Source of the DNA: Spirochaetaceae bacterium
GTDB taxonomy: Bacteria; Spirochaetota; Spirochaetia; DSM-2461
Assembly (NCBI GenBank): GCA_051531975.1
Contig: JAOPTT010000005.1
Span: 128,001 to 192,000 of the forward strand
Direction of reading: 5' to 3'
DNA length: 64,000 nucleotides
Each line of letters starts with the position of its first letter. Position 1 is the stretch's first letter. The notes under the pieces were generated by a model. That model worked only from the letters and a program-made list of their open reading frames with translations. It did no database searches and had not been told where the DNA came from. Shown piece after piece: positions 30,031 to 39,492 of this stretch. The position numbers and the translations under genes are program-made.

Positions 30031-32418
30031 ATGGAGATAATGATAGTAGAAGATAGTCCTACTCAAGCAGCTCAATTACAATTGTATCTGGAAGAACAGG
30101 GGTATGAAGTTCTTGTGGAAAAGAATGGTGTTCATGCTCTTAAATCTCTAGGTAATCACCAACCTGATATGGTTATTAGTGATGTGATTATGCCGGAAAT
30201 GAGCGGATACGAACTCTGTCAGGCTATGGTAAAAAACGAGCAGTTAAAAGATATTCCAATAATTCTCCTCACCTCTTTAAAAGATCCCTCAGCAGTTATT
30301 TATGCACTGGAAAGCGGAGCTACTAGTTTTGTAACAAAACCTCCAAATGAAGAGTTACTCTTATCCCGTATAAAACAGGCCTTTGAAAATAACAATGGCA
30401 GGGCTTCAGAGGACAGGCCTCTGAACTTTCTCTTAAATAGTTATGAAGATTCCATTTTTAGAAATGATTTACTAATGGATGCAAATCAAAAGATTTTACA
30501 GTTGACTGAAGAGTGGCAGAAATTGGCGGCAGTTGTGGAAAATAGTACAGACTTAGTCGCTATCTCTTCAATTGATGGACAATTCTTATATCTGAATGAA
30601 TCTGGTAAATCCCTACTGGGCATTAAAGTTTCTGATTTGAATTCATTAAATATATTTGAATACTGCTTAGATGATAAAAAAAACAGTATTAAAAATAAAA
30701 TACTAAATAAATCATTAACAAAAGGTTCGTGGAAAGGAGAAATAGAGTTAAAAAAACTCAATTCTAATCATATTATCACAGTATTCCTAAGCTCATTTAT
30801 TATCGTCAAATCTGATGGTATAAAAAAAGCCACTATCGGTTTTATTGGACATGATATAACAGAGAGGAATAAACAGCAGGTGAATTTATCAAAGAGCAAT
30901 AATCGGCTTGATAGAGCCCAAAGAATTGCTCACGTGGGAAGCTGGGAATGGGACGATGAAACTCAAGAAAGATACTATTCTGATGAAACATTCAGAATAA
31001 TTGGGCAAGAACCAGGTCAACCTAATAGTGAGAATATACAGGACCTGATCCATCCAGAAGACAATAAATTTGTGAAATCTTTTATAAAAATAAATAAGAT
31101 GACTGGAACCCCATTAAGTTTTGATCATCGAATTTTATTGAAAGATGGGAGGGTGAGATTTGTTCACCAGGAAATTGAGTTTGGATCTGCCCATAAGGGA
31201 GAAGTTAATAAATTGATTGGAACAATTCATGACATTACCGAACTGAAACTACATGAGTTGAAATTGATTGACGCTAAGGAGCAGGCAGAAAAAGCTAACA
31301 GATCAAAGAGCGAATTTCTAGCAGGTATGAGCCACGAATTACGAACACCTCTGAATGCAGTTATCGGTTTTTCTGATATTCTCCTGGATCAGTATTTTGG
31401 TGATCTAAATGAAAAACAGGAACAATATGTAAAAGATATTCTAGAGAGTGGAAAACATCTATTAAGTTTAATAAATGATATCCTTGATCTTTCTAAAATA
31501 GAAGCTGGGAAATTTGACTTGGAAATCAGTGATGTACCAATAAAGATGATGTTGAATAATAGTCTGACTATGATTAAAGAACGCTGCTTAAAACACAATA
31601 TACAGCTTGACCTGGATGTGTCTTTTAATGATGATTTGGTTATTTTAGCAGATGTCAGAAAATTGAAACAAGTGATTTATAATCTGCTCTCTAATGCTGT
31701 AAAATTTACTCCCAGTGGGGGATTTATTCGAGTGGGAGCTAAAATTGACAATTCGGATATGCTATTTTATGTATCTGATTCTGGTATCGGTATTTCGAAA
31801 GAGAATCAGATTAAGATATTTGAGGAGTTTTTTCAGGTTCAAGGTGGGGTAACGGATAAAACTCCTGGAACAGGTCTGGGGCTAAATATTGTTAAAGGAA
31901 TGGTTAATCTTCATGGTGGAAACATATGGGTTGAAAGTGAAGGGAAAGGAAGCTGTTTTTATTTTACAATCCCTCTGCTACCTGTTAAAACAGAGACCAA
32001 TAGTAATCCAGTAAAGAAAAATACTAAGGACATAAATATAAAACAACCATTTGTTCAAAAGGTCGAAAGCTATATAAATAAAATTGCTGTAGATTGTAAA
32101 GAATATTCAATCTGCTGTTTTTATTCCAAAGAAGAAGGATTCTCTAAAATATGCTCTACAGTACAAGATATACTGGAAAATGAAAAAAGAAGTAGTGATA
32201 TTATGGGATCACAAGAAGAATTATACCTTTTTCTGTTTCTACCTATAAGGTATGAGAATGCAGATTCTGTCTGTAAACGTTTAATAAGTAAGATAATGCA
32301 GAAAGTTACAGATGAAACTGTTACATATTCTGTGGTTTCTTTTCCTAGGGATGGCAATAGGGTGGCAGATTTATTAAAGAAAGCTAAACCAGTACAAATG
32401 GAGTTAAATAATGGCTGA
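30031..32418 (+). CDS. Hybrid histidine kinase REC-PAS-PAS-HisKA-HATPase with degenerate GGDEF-like tail
   Basis: REC, PAS (YLNESG), PAS_3 ([18 protein letters not shown]) and SHELRTPL. Tail contains RSSD...FP.DG. Confidence 0.88.
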   Translation: MEIMIVEDSPTQAAQLQLYLEEQGYEVLVEKNGVHALKSLGNHQPDMVISDVIMPEMSGYELCQAMVKNEQLKDIPIILLTSLKDPSAVIYALESGATSFVTKPPNEELLLSRIKQAFENNNGRASEDRPLNFLLNSYEDSIFRNDLLMDANQKILQLTEEWQKLAAVVENSTDLVAISSIDGQFLYLNESGKSLLGIKVSDLNSLNIFEYCLDDKKNSIKNKILNKSLTKGSWKGEIELKKLNSNHIITVFLSSFIIVKSDGIKKATIGFIGHDITERNKQQVNLSKSNNRLDRAQRIAHVGSWEWDDETQERYYSDETFRIIGQEPGQPNSENIQDLIHPEDNKFVKSFIKINKMTGTPLSFDHRILLKDGRVRFVHQEIEFGSAHKGEVNKLIGTIHDITELKLHELKLIDAKEQAEKANRSKSEFLAGMSHELRTPLNAVIGFSDILLDQYFGDLNEKQEQYVKDILESGKHLLSLINDILDLSKIEAGKFDLEISDVPIKMMLNNSLTMIKERCLKHNIQLDLDVSFNDDLVILADVRKLKQVIYNLLSNAVKFTPSGGFIRVGAKIDNSDMLFYVSDSGIGISKENQIKIFEEFFQVQGGVTDKTPGTGLGLNIVKGMVNLHGGNIWVESEGKGSCFYFTIPLLPVKTETNSNPVKKNTKDINIKQPFVQKVESYINKIAVDCKEYSICCFYSKEEGFSKICSTVQDILENEKRSSDIMGSQEELYLFLFLPIRYENADSVCKRLISKIMQKVTDETVTYSVVSFPRDGNRVADLLKKAKPVQMELNNG

Positions 32419-33535
32419 AAAGATACTTATAGTAGATGATGATAGGCGCAACCTTATGGTACTTGAAGCATTGCTCATCCCCATGGGGTATGAAATATTA
32501 TTAGCTTCGGATGGAATCGAAGCTGTGGAAACCGCAGGGAAAGAGTCCCCGGATTTGATCCTGATGGATATTATGATGCCCCGTCTAAATGGCTATGAAG
32601 CAACAAAACAATTGAAGGGAGCCAATGAAACTAGTATGATTCCTATTGTCATGGTGACAGCCCTAAAAGAGGTTGAAGATCGGGTTCGTGCATTAGAGGT
32701 GGGAGCCGATGATTTTCTGAGTAAACCAATAGATAAAACAGAGTTACGTGCCCGTGTAAAGTCCCTACTAAAGGTAAAAGCTTATAATGATTATATGCTT
32801 GATCAGCAAAAAGAGTTGGAGGAAGCAGTTGATTTAAGGACAAAGCAATTAAAAGAAGCTTTGGAACAGGTCAAAGAAGCTTCTCTAGAGAGTATCTATC
32901 GGCTGACCCGGGCATCTGAGTATAAAGATGAAAATACAGCGGCCCATATTATGCGTGTTAGCCATTATGCAAAAGAGGTAGCCATTAAAATGGGTTTAAG
33001 CGAAAATGAAGCGGATCTTCTTCTTTACGCTTCACCAATGCATGATGTAGGAAAAATAGGAATCCCAGATAGAGTTTTACTTAAACCGGGAAAGCTTGAT
33101 CCTGATGAATGGGTTATTATGAAACAGCATCCAATAATCGGTAAAAAAATTCTGGAGAATTCAAAACGGGATTATATAAAACTAGCTGAAGAGATTGCCA
33201 TCAGCCACCATGAAAAATGGGATGGCAGCGGTTATCCATATGGACTTAAAGGATCTGATATCCCTTTAAGTGGTCGTATTATTGCTGTAGTTGATGTGTT
33301 TGATGCATTATCATCGGATCGTCCCTATCGAAAACAACCCTTCCCTCTGGATAAGATATATATAATGCTTAAAGAGGGCCGTGGAAAACATTTTGATCCC
33401 GATGTTCTAGATGCTTTTTTTGCTATTGAAGATCAAATCCTTGCCATAAAGGAAAAGATTCAAGATAAAAGTATCAGTCTGCTCTTCCAGATTACAGAAA
33501 GTATAGGAAAAAACCAGAAAGGAGAAAAATTATGA
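32411..33535 (+). CDS. REC plus HD-GYP c-di-GMP phosphodiesterase (RpfG-like)
   Basis: [27 protein letters not shown] and HFDP. Confidence 0.93.
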   Translation: MAEKILIVDDDRRNLMVLEALLIPMGYEILLASDGIEAVETAGKESPDLILMDIMMPRLNGYEATKQLKGANETSMIPIVMVTALKEVEDRVRALEVGADDFLSKPIDKTELRARVKSLLKVKAYNDYMLDQQKELEEAVDLRTKQLKEALEQVKEASLESIYRLTRASEYKDENTAAHIMRVSHYAKEVAIKMGLSENEADLLLYASPMHDVGKIGIPDRVLLKPGKLDPDEWVIMKQHPIIGKKILENSKRDYIKLAEEIAISHHEKWDGSGYPYGLKGSDIPLSGRIIAVVDVFDALSSDRPYRKQPFPLDKIYIMLKEGRGKHFDPDVLDAFFAIEDQILAIKEKIQDKSISLLFQITESIGKNQKGEKL

Positions 33536-33942
33536 GTTTAAGCAATAATATAAAAACCCATTCCAAAACTATACTTGTAGTAGAAGATGATAAGAAGAAT
33601 TTAAGACTAATCAGAGACCTTCTGGTATTTAGTGGATATAAAGTTCTGGAAGCAAGAGACGGTAGACAGGGAGTTGATATTACCAAAAGTAATAAACCTC
33701 ATCTTGTTTTAATGGATATTCAAATGCCAGTTATGGATGGCATTGAAGCTACATCTTTATTAAAAAAAGACCCTGATATTTGTGACATTCCGGTAATAGC
33801 CCTGACATCATATGCTATGAGAGGTGATAAGCAGCGATTCCTGGATGCAGGTTGTGATGGTTACATAACTAAACCTATAGATATTAGTAATTTCCTTGTT
33901 GAGATAGAAAAATATTTAAAGGATAACTTATGTGATGACTGA
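33532..33942 (+). CDS. Single-domain response regulator (DivK/CheY-like)
   Basis: VEDD, MDIQMP, ALTSYAM.GD and GCDGYITKP. Confidence 0.92.
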   Translation: MSLSNNIKTHSKTILVVEDDKKNLRLIRDLLVFSGYKVLEARDGRQGVDITKSNKPHLVLMDIQMPVMDGIEATSLLKKDPDICDIPVIALTSYAMRGDKQRFLDAGCDGYITKPIDISNFLVEIEKYLKDNLCDD

Positions 33943-35389
33943 AAAGAAAAGAGTAATAATCATAATGTTAATATACACAGCAATCACTCTATTTGTTGTT
34001 GATTTTACAATTTTCTTGCTCTACAACGCCGGATTTAATGATAACGAGCAGCAACTTGTACATTTAGTCCAGAGTCAGGCCCGCTTAATGGAGGCTATAG
34101 CCCAGTTTGAACAGTATAGTGATCATTCTCATGATCAAGGATGGAAAGATTCTACTATAATGCAAATAATCTACTCCCATGAGACTTATAGAGGTTTTGG
34201 AGATACTGGGGAATTTACTTTAGCTAAACTTGAAGATGAATCTATTATTTTTGTTCTTAGTCGCCGGCACGATGATCTTTACATCCCAGAAACTATACTT
34301 TTAAATTCGGAATATGCAAAACCCATGCAGCTGGCCCTATTAGGAAAATCGGGAACTGTTGTTGGTTATGATTACCGTAAAAAAATTGTTCTTGCTGCTT
34401 ATGAACCTGTGTCTATGCTAAATCTAGGTCTGGTGGCAAAGGTTGATCTGGAAGAAGTCAGAAAACCCTACATAGAGGCTAGTTTGATAGCCTTAACAAT
34501 CACTATTTTTTTTATATGTCTAGGAGTTGTTGTTTTATATAAAATCAGTGATCCAATGCTAAAAACTCTAAGAGAAAATGGTCTACAGTTGAAAAAAATA
34601 AACAAAGAACTACTTGATGGGATAACAATTAGAAAGGCTAAAGAAGTTGAACTACAAATTGCATATGATAAAATGGAAGAGTCTAGTCGTGCTAAATCTG
34701 AGTTTCTAGATTCCATGAGTCATGAACTTCGTACACCTTTGAACGGTATAATTGGTTTTTCTGATATGCTGAATCAAAATTTTGGAGGAGAACTTAATGA
34801 TAAACAGAGTCAGTATGTCCAGGATATACAGGAAAGTGGTCGACATCTTTTAAGCCTTATAAACGATATATTGGATTTTTCTAAAATAGTATCCGGTAAA
34901 ACAGAATTAGAATTAGCAGAATTTAATCTATATGAATTATTGGAACATAGTTTAGTTATAGTGAATGAGAGATGTATTAAGCGGAATATCAGTCTCAATT
35001 TTAATGTTTCTGAGGATATGCAAAATATAAAGGTAAGAGTCGATAAGTGGAGGTTTAATCAAATTATGTATAATCTTCTTTCTAATGCTGTAAAATTTAC
35101 TCCGGATAGTGGTGATATCTCACTGGATGCTGTCTTGAAGGACAATGTCGTTATTGTCTCTGTTGTAGATTCGGGTATCGGAATAACAGAAGAGCAGCAG
35201 AAGATGATATTTGAAGAGTTTTATCAGGTTAAAGGAGGGACTCAGGATAAAACCCCAGGTACAGGACTAGGATTGAATATTGTTAAGAATATGGTTGAGT
35301 TACACGGTGGAAAATTATGGGTAGTGAGTGAAGGTGAAGGTCTTGGTAGTTGTTTCTCATTTTCTATACCTCTAATCACAGAACTTTAG
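33932..35389 (+). CDS. Membrane sensor histidine kinase with Cache-like periplasmic domain
   Basis: Two TMs flanking DYR...VLAAYEP...GLVAKVD, then SHELRTPL and HATPase motifs. Confidence 0.9.
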   Translation: MMTEKKRVIIIMLIYTAITLFVVDFTIFLLYNAGFNDNEQQLVHLVQSQARLMEAIAQFEQYSDHSHDQGWKDSTIMQIIYSHETYRGFGDTGEFTLAKLEDESIIFVLSRRHDDLYIPETILLNSEYAKPMQLALLGKSGTVVGYDYRKKIVLAAYEPVSMLNLGLVAKVDLEEVRKPYIEASLIALTITIFFICLGVVVLYKISDPMLKTLRENGLQLKKINKELLDGITIRKAKEVELQIAYDKMEESSRAKSEFLDSMSHELRTPLNGIIGFSDMLNQNFGGELNDKQSQYVQDIQESGRHLLSLINDILDFSKIVSGKTELELAEFNLYELLEHSLVIVNERCIKRNISLNFNVSEDMQNIKVRVDKWRFNQIMYNLLSNAVKFTPDSGDISLDAVLKDNVVIVSVVDSGIGITEEQQKMIFEEFYQVKGGTQDKTPGTGLGLNIVKNMVELHGGKLWVVSEGEGLGSCFSFSIPLITEL

Positions 35390-36479
35390 GTAAAACGAAC
35401 CAGAAAGTACTGCCTTTATCAGGTTCACTTATTAAACCTATTTCTCCATTATGAGCCTCGATTACCATTTTACAAAATGTTAACCCCAGACCAGTAGAAT
35501 ACTGTTTGTTTTCACCGTCTATTTTAACCTGTCCAAATTTTTCAAAAACTTTATCATGAAACTCTGTTGGAATTCCTGAACCTTCATCTGTTACCTCTAC
35601 TCTGTGGCTTCCATCTATATTTTCAATTGTAATTCTAACGTTCCCGTCTTCTTTTGTATATTTTATTGCGTTCCCAATTAGATTGTTCATAACACGAAAA
35701 ATAAGGTCTTTATCGCAAGAAATATTAATTTTTTTCTCATTGGAATTAATCATAATTTGATGATCTATGGCTAGAGGTTGTAGAGAATCTACTGATTTTT
35801 GAATAAGAGTAAGTAAATCGCAATTGCATATATTTAGCTCTAGTTTTTCATCTTCCATCTTTTCTATATCCAGTAGGGAACTGATCATCTCAATCAGACT
35901 GTTTAAAATTGCTCTAGAGAAAGTAGCCATTTGTACGATTCCCTGATCTTCTATTTTTTGTTCAAAATATTCCAGATAGCAGTTAATGGAGGTAATCGGT
36001 TGTCGTAAATCGTGAATTATCATATGTGTCAGGCTATCTTTAAGTAGGGTTATTTCTTTAAGTTTTATAAAATTTGTCTTAACTTCATCATGCAGGTGTT
36101 TAGCATATACAGCATTTTTTACACGTAAATTTACTTCAACTTTATCAATAGGTTTTGTTAAGAACTCATTTGCTCCGGCTTCAATGCCTTTTATAAGATT
36201 TTCATGATCAGAAAAGGCTGATACCATAATTACTGGAATTGGGGCAGTTTCAGGATCTTTTTTTAGAATCTTACAGGCTTCAAAACCATTCATTTCCGGC
36301 ATCATAACATCTAAAAGAATAACATCGGGATTTTTTTCATGTGCTTTTTTTATTGCCTGTATTCCATTTACAGCTTCAATTACCTGATAATTGTTCATTT
36401 GAAGCAGACTACTCAGTAAATCTCTATTTCTACGTTCATCATCTACAACTAGAATTAATCCCTGATTATCATCTGACAT
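35376..36479 (-). CDS. Hybrid REC-histidine kinase
   Basis: VVDDE, LDVMMP, HDLRQP, NLIGNA.K and TGLGL. Confidence 0.92.
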   Translation of the reverse strand: MSDDNQGLILVVDDERRNRDLLSSLLQMNNYQVIEAVNGIQAIKKAHEKNPDVILLDVMMPEMNGFEACKILKKDPETAPIPVIMVSAFSDHENLIKGIEAGANEFLTKPIDKVEVNLRVKNAVYAKHLHDEVKTNFIKLKEITLLKDSLTHMIIHDLRQPITSINCYLEYFEQKIEDQGIVQMATFSRAILNSLIEMISSLLDIEKMEDEKLELNICNCDLLTLIQKSVDSLQPLAIDHQIMINSNEKKINISCDKDLIFRVMNNLIGNAIKYTKEDGNVRITIENIDGSHRVEVTDEGSGIPTEFHDKVFEKFGQVKIDGENKQYSTGLGLTFCKMVIEAHNGEIGLISEPDKGSTFWFVLPKVL

Positions 36480-36491
36480 CTTTATTCTCCA

Positions 36492-36614
36492 TCAGCCCTC
36501 AATAAAACTTAGTAGTTTGAACATTCTAAAAAGTTTTTAGATTCCAGCAGTACCTATATAAAGTGCTCTTTCAACCATAGGATCTGTGAAAAAGGCTGTA
36601 ATAACTAATAAAAT
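36492..36614 (-). pseudogene. Remnant of the C-terminal half of a receiver (REC) domain
   Basis: Manual translation: ILLVITAFFTDPMVERALYIGTAGI*KLFRMFKLLSFIEG*. This matches the REC beta4-alpha4-beta5-K-alpha5 pattern with an internal stop and no start. Confidence 0.55.
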
Positions 36615-36818
36615 TGTTTACTCAATAAATACCACCTAAATCAGTAATTTGTATTAAATAACACATTATATATTAATAATAATACATCCTGTATGAATGT
36701 ACATAAGGAAAAAATATTTATTTTTTTTTGTTAATAATAATTAACATTAAATGATTAGGATAGAAAAAAAAACACTTATGACTTGATTTCGCTTATACTT
36801 AAACTGTGGGTTAGTGTT

Positions 36819-37658
36819 ATGTTTAAGATAATATTGATGTTGTTTATACCCTATTTTATTTTCTCCCAGGATAAAGTCTTAAAACTAGTATATAAAGAGA
36901 CTGGTAAAGTTCCCTATATGCAAAAAGCTCCCGATAACTCCGGTTTATATTTAGATCTAATGAGCAGAGCCGCTGAAAAAATTGGATTTGAGATTGACGT
37001 TATTCGTCTTCCAAAACAAAGAACATATAAAATGCTTGAACTTGGTGATGCTGATCTATATGCCAGTGGAGAATTCAGAGATTATAGATCTAATTTTCTA
37101 TTTTATTTTAGCAATGGACTATATCGAGAAGAGATTTTTTATGGGTTAACAACTTCTGACATACCTGAATTATTATCCATATCCGATATAAACAGATATA
37201 ACCTGACCTGGGAATTTGAATTAGGAAATTCATGGCCAATTTTAGCAAAAAGGTATAATGTGAAATATCATCAAATTAAAGATGGAAATGTAATAGATAA
37301 AGCTATTCTGCTATTAAAAGCAGGAAGGCCTCTGTTTTTCAGATTTACTATTGAGGAAATAGAAGAATATTTAAAATCAAATAATTTAGATTCATTGGGA
37401 AGTTTAGGAATAAAAATCCATCAAAACTTAGGTGATAAACATCAGGCTCCACTTTATGCATCATTCTCCAGATTTTCAAAGTATTATAAAGAACAAAAAA
37501 ATATAAAATTCAATAGTGATAAAAGGCTGGGAGTCGATAATTTTCCTGTTGAATTAGTACCTGGATCTATTCCATATAAACTACAATCATCCCTTTTAGA
37601 GATGATAGAGTCAGGGGAAGTAGAACTTTTGATTAAAAAATATGGGTTTAAAAAATAA
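36819..37658 (+). CDS. Periplasmic substrate-binding domain protein (SBP family 3-like)
   Basis: Signal peptide, PY...GLY.DL...A, LP.QR...L..G.AD and a terminal M..SGE...LI.KY. Confidence 0.7.
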   Translation: MFKIILMLFIPYFIFSQDKVLKLVYKETGKVPYMQKAPDNSGLYLDLMSRAAEKIGFEIDVIRLPKQRTYKMLELGDADLYASGEFRDYRSNFLFYFSNGLYREEIFYGLTTSDIPELLSISDINRYNLTWEFELGNSWPILAKRYNVKYHQIKDGNVIDKAILLLKAGRPLFFRFTIEEIEEYLKSNNLDSLGSLGIKIHQNLGDKHQAPLYASFSRFSKYYKEQKNIKFNSDKRLGVDNFPVELVPGSIPYKLQSSLLEMIESGEVELLIKKYGFKK

Positions 37659-37683
37659 AAGGCCGCAAAACGACCTTTTATTT
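37653..37683. terminator. Probable bidirectional intrinsic terminator
   Basis: AAATAAAAGGCCG-CAAAA-CGACCTTTTATTT between convergent genes. Confidence 0.6.
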
Positions 37684-37688
37684 ATTTT

Positions 37689-39473
37689 TTAATCATGTAC
37701 TGTACGTTTAGTATAATGGGTGTGCAGAAGTTCATGAGCTTTGTGACTGTTAGGTGTCCCAAGAAAATCGTGATAAATAGTTTTGATCAAAGGATTCTCA
37801 TGAGATTTCCTCAATTGTTTTCCTTCATCTTCTTGAATTATTGCACGAAACCGCAACTTCTTAACTTCTTCTGTGGACCTTCTAGGTTGTCCTCCACCGG
37901 AAATACAACCACCGGGACAGCCCATAACTTCAATTAAGTGATATGGGGATTTTCCAGCTTTTACATCCTCCATTAGAACTTTAGCATTACCCAGACCTGA
38001 TGTCGCAGCTACTCTTGCAGTTACACCATTTAGCCAGCTATATTCAGGTAAACAATTTTCAAATAAAAGACTCGCTTCACGTATGCCTTTAATATCCATG
38101 AGATCTGTTACATGAAGTCCATCCATTGGTAACTCTTTACCCGTAACCAGTTCATAGACAGTTCTAATTGCAGCCTCTGTAACACCTCCAGAATTGGCAA
38201 AAATATCAGCAGCACCACTTGAGCGACCTAAAGGATCATCAAACTCAGAATCATGTAGATTAACAAAATCAATAGTGTGTTCACGGATTATCTTTCCAAG
38301 CTCTCTTGTAGTGAGCACATAGTCTACATCCTGAAAGCCACTTGCTCTCATTTCCGGTCTTGCCGCTTCATATTTTTTTGCAGTACAAGGCATAATGGAG
38401 ACAGAGACAATATCTTTTGGATCAATATTTTTACTCTTGGCATAATAGGTTTTAATAATTGTACCCATCATCTGCTGTGGGGATTTTGCAGTTGAAACAT
38501 TTGCTGTTAACTCTGGGAAATAATGTTCAAGATATTTAACCCATCCTGGAGAACAGCTTGTTGTCATTGGAAGTGAAACAGTGTTGTCTTTATCTACAAT
38601 TGCTTTCTTGAGACGTGTTAATAGTTCTGTTCCTTCTTCAATTATTGTTAAATCCGCCGAAAAGTTTGTATCAAAAACAGAATCAAATCCTAAAAGATTT
38701 AACGCTGTAACCATTTTTTTGGTAACAAGAGTTCCAGGAGGAAGCCCCTGTGTTTCCCCTAATGCAGCCCTGATTGCAGGAGCAGTTTGCACAACTACAT
38801 GTTTAGTTGGGTCATTTATTGCAGCTCTTACATTTTCTATATCATCTCTTTCATAAATTGCATTTACCGGGCATACAGCAATGCACTGACCACAGTTAAT
38901 ACATATTGTATCTCCTAAGTTTTCAAATGCAGGCTGAACTAAAGAACTAAAACCTCTTTCCATTATTCCTATGGCATGAATATCCTGTACGTCCTGACAA
39001 ACTGTGATACATCGTCTACAGAGAATACATTTACTGTTATCCCTTACTATGGATCGTGACGACTGATCGATAGTCTCATCGCAAATACTAGTTTCAAAAC
39101 GATATGCATCAACACGGAACTGATTTGCCAATTCCTGAAGTTCACAGTCCATACTCCTATCACAACTTAGACAGTCTTTTCTATGAGCTGATAACATTAG
39201 TTCCAATGCTGTTTTCCTTGCTTTATGGATCTGTGCTGTATTAGTATCAATTACCATACCCTCAGTAACTTGTAATACACAAGCAGCAAGTAAATTGGGT
39301 CTTCCCTCTACTTGAACTACACAAATCCGACAAATCCCATGTGCATGTAGTTCCGGCAGGTGACATAGTGTAGGTATATTAATTCCTATATCCTTTGCTG
39401 CCTTTAATACTGTTGTTCCAGCGGCCACGACCGTTTGGATTCCATTAATAGTTAATTTGATATTTTCATTCAT
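37689..39473 (-). CDS. hydA: [FeFe] hydrogenase catalytic subunit (group A3, HydA/HndD-like)
   Basis: H-cluster motifs TSCSPGW, MPCTAKKYE and EVMGCPGGC.GGGQP. N-terminal 2Fe-2S, His-ligated 4Fe-4S and 2x4Fe-4S motifs. ATG at 39473 follows GGGAGGA. Confidence 0.95.
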   Translation of the reverse strand: MNENIKLTINGIQTVVAAGTTVLKAAKDIGINIPTLCHLPELHAHGICRICVVQVEGRPNLLAACVLQVTEGMVIDTNTAQIHKARKTALELMLSAHRKDCLSCDRSMDCELQELANQFRVDAYRFETSICDETIDQSSRSIVRDNSKCILCRRCITVCQDVQDIHAIGIMERGFSSLVQPAFENLGDTICINCGQCIAVCPVNAIYERDDIENVRAAINDPTKHVVVQTAPAIRAALGETQGLPPGTLVTKKMVTALNLLGFDSVFDTNFSADLTIIEEGTELLTRLKKAIVDKDNTVSLPMTTSCSPGWVKYLEHYFPELTANVSTAKSPQQMMGTIIKTYYAKSKNIDPKDIVSVSIMPCTAKKYEAARPEMRASGFQDVDYVLTTRELGKIIREHTIDFVNLHDSEFDDPLGRSSGAADIFANSGGVTEAAIRTVYELVTGKELPMDGLHVTDLMDIKGIREASLLFENCLPEYSWLNGVTARVAATSGLGNAKVLMEDVKAGKSPYHLIEVMGCPGGCISGGGQPRRSTEEVKKLRFRAIIQEDEGKQLRKSHENPLIKTIYHDFLGTPNSHKAHELLHTHYTKRTVHD

Positions 39474-39492
39474 GATAATTTCCTCCCAGTTC

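Noticed and set aside
36721..36772. T9 and A9 tracts as phase-variation sites
   Set aside because: Expected by chance in very AT-rich intergenic DNA.
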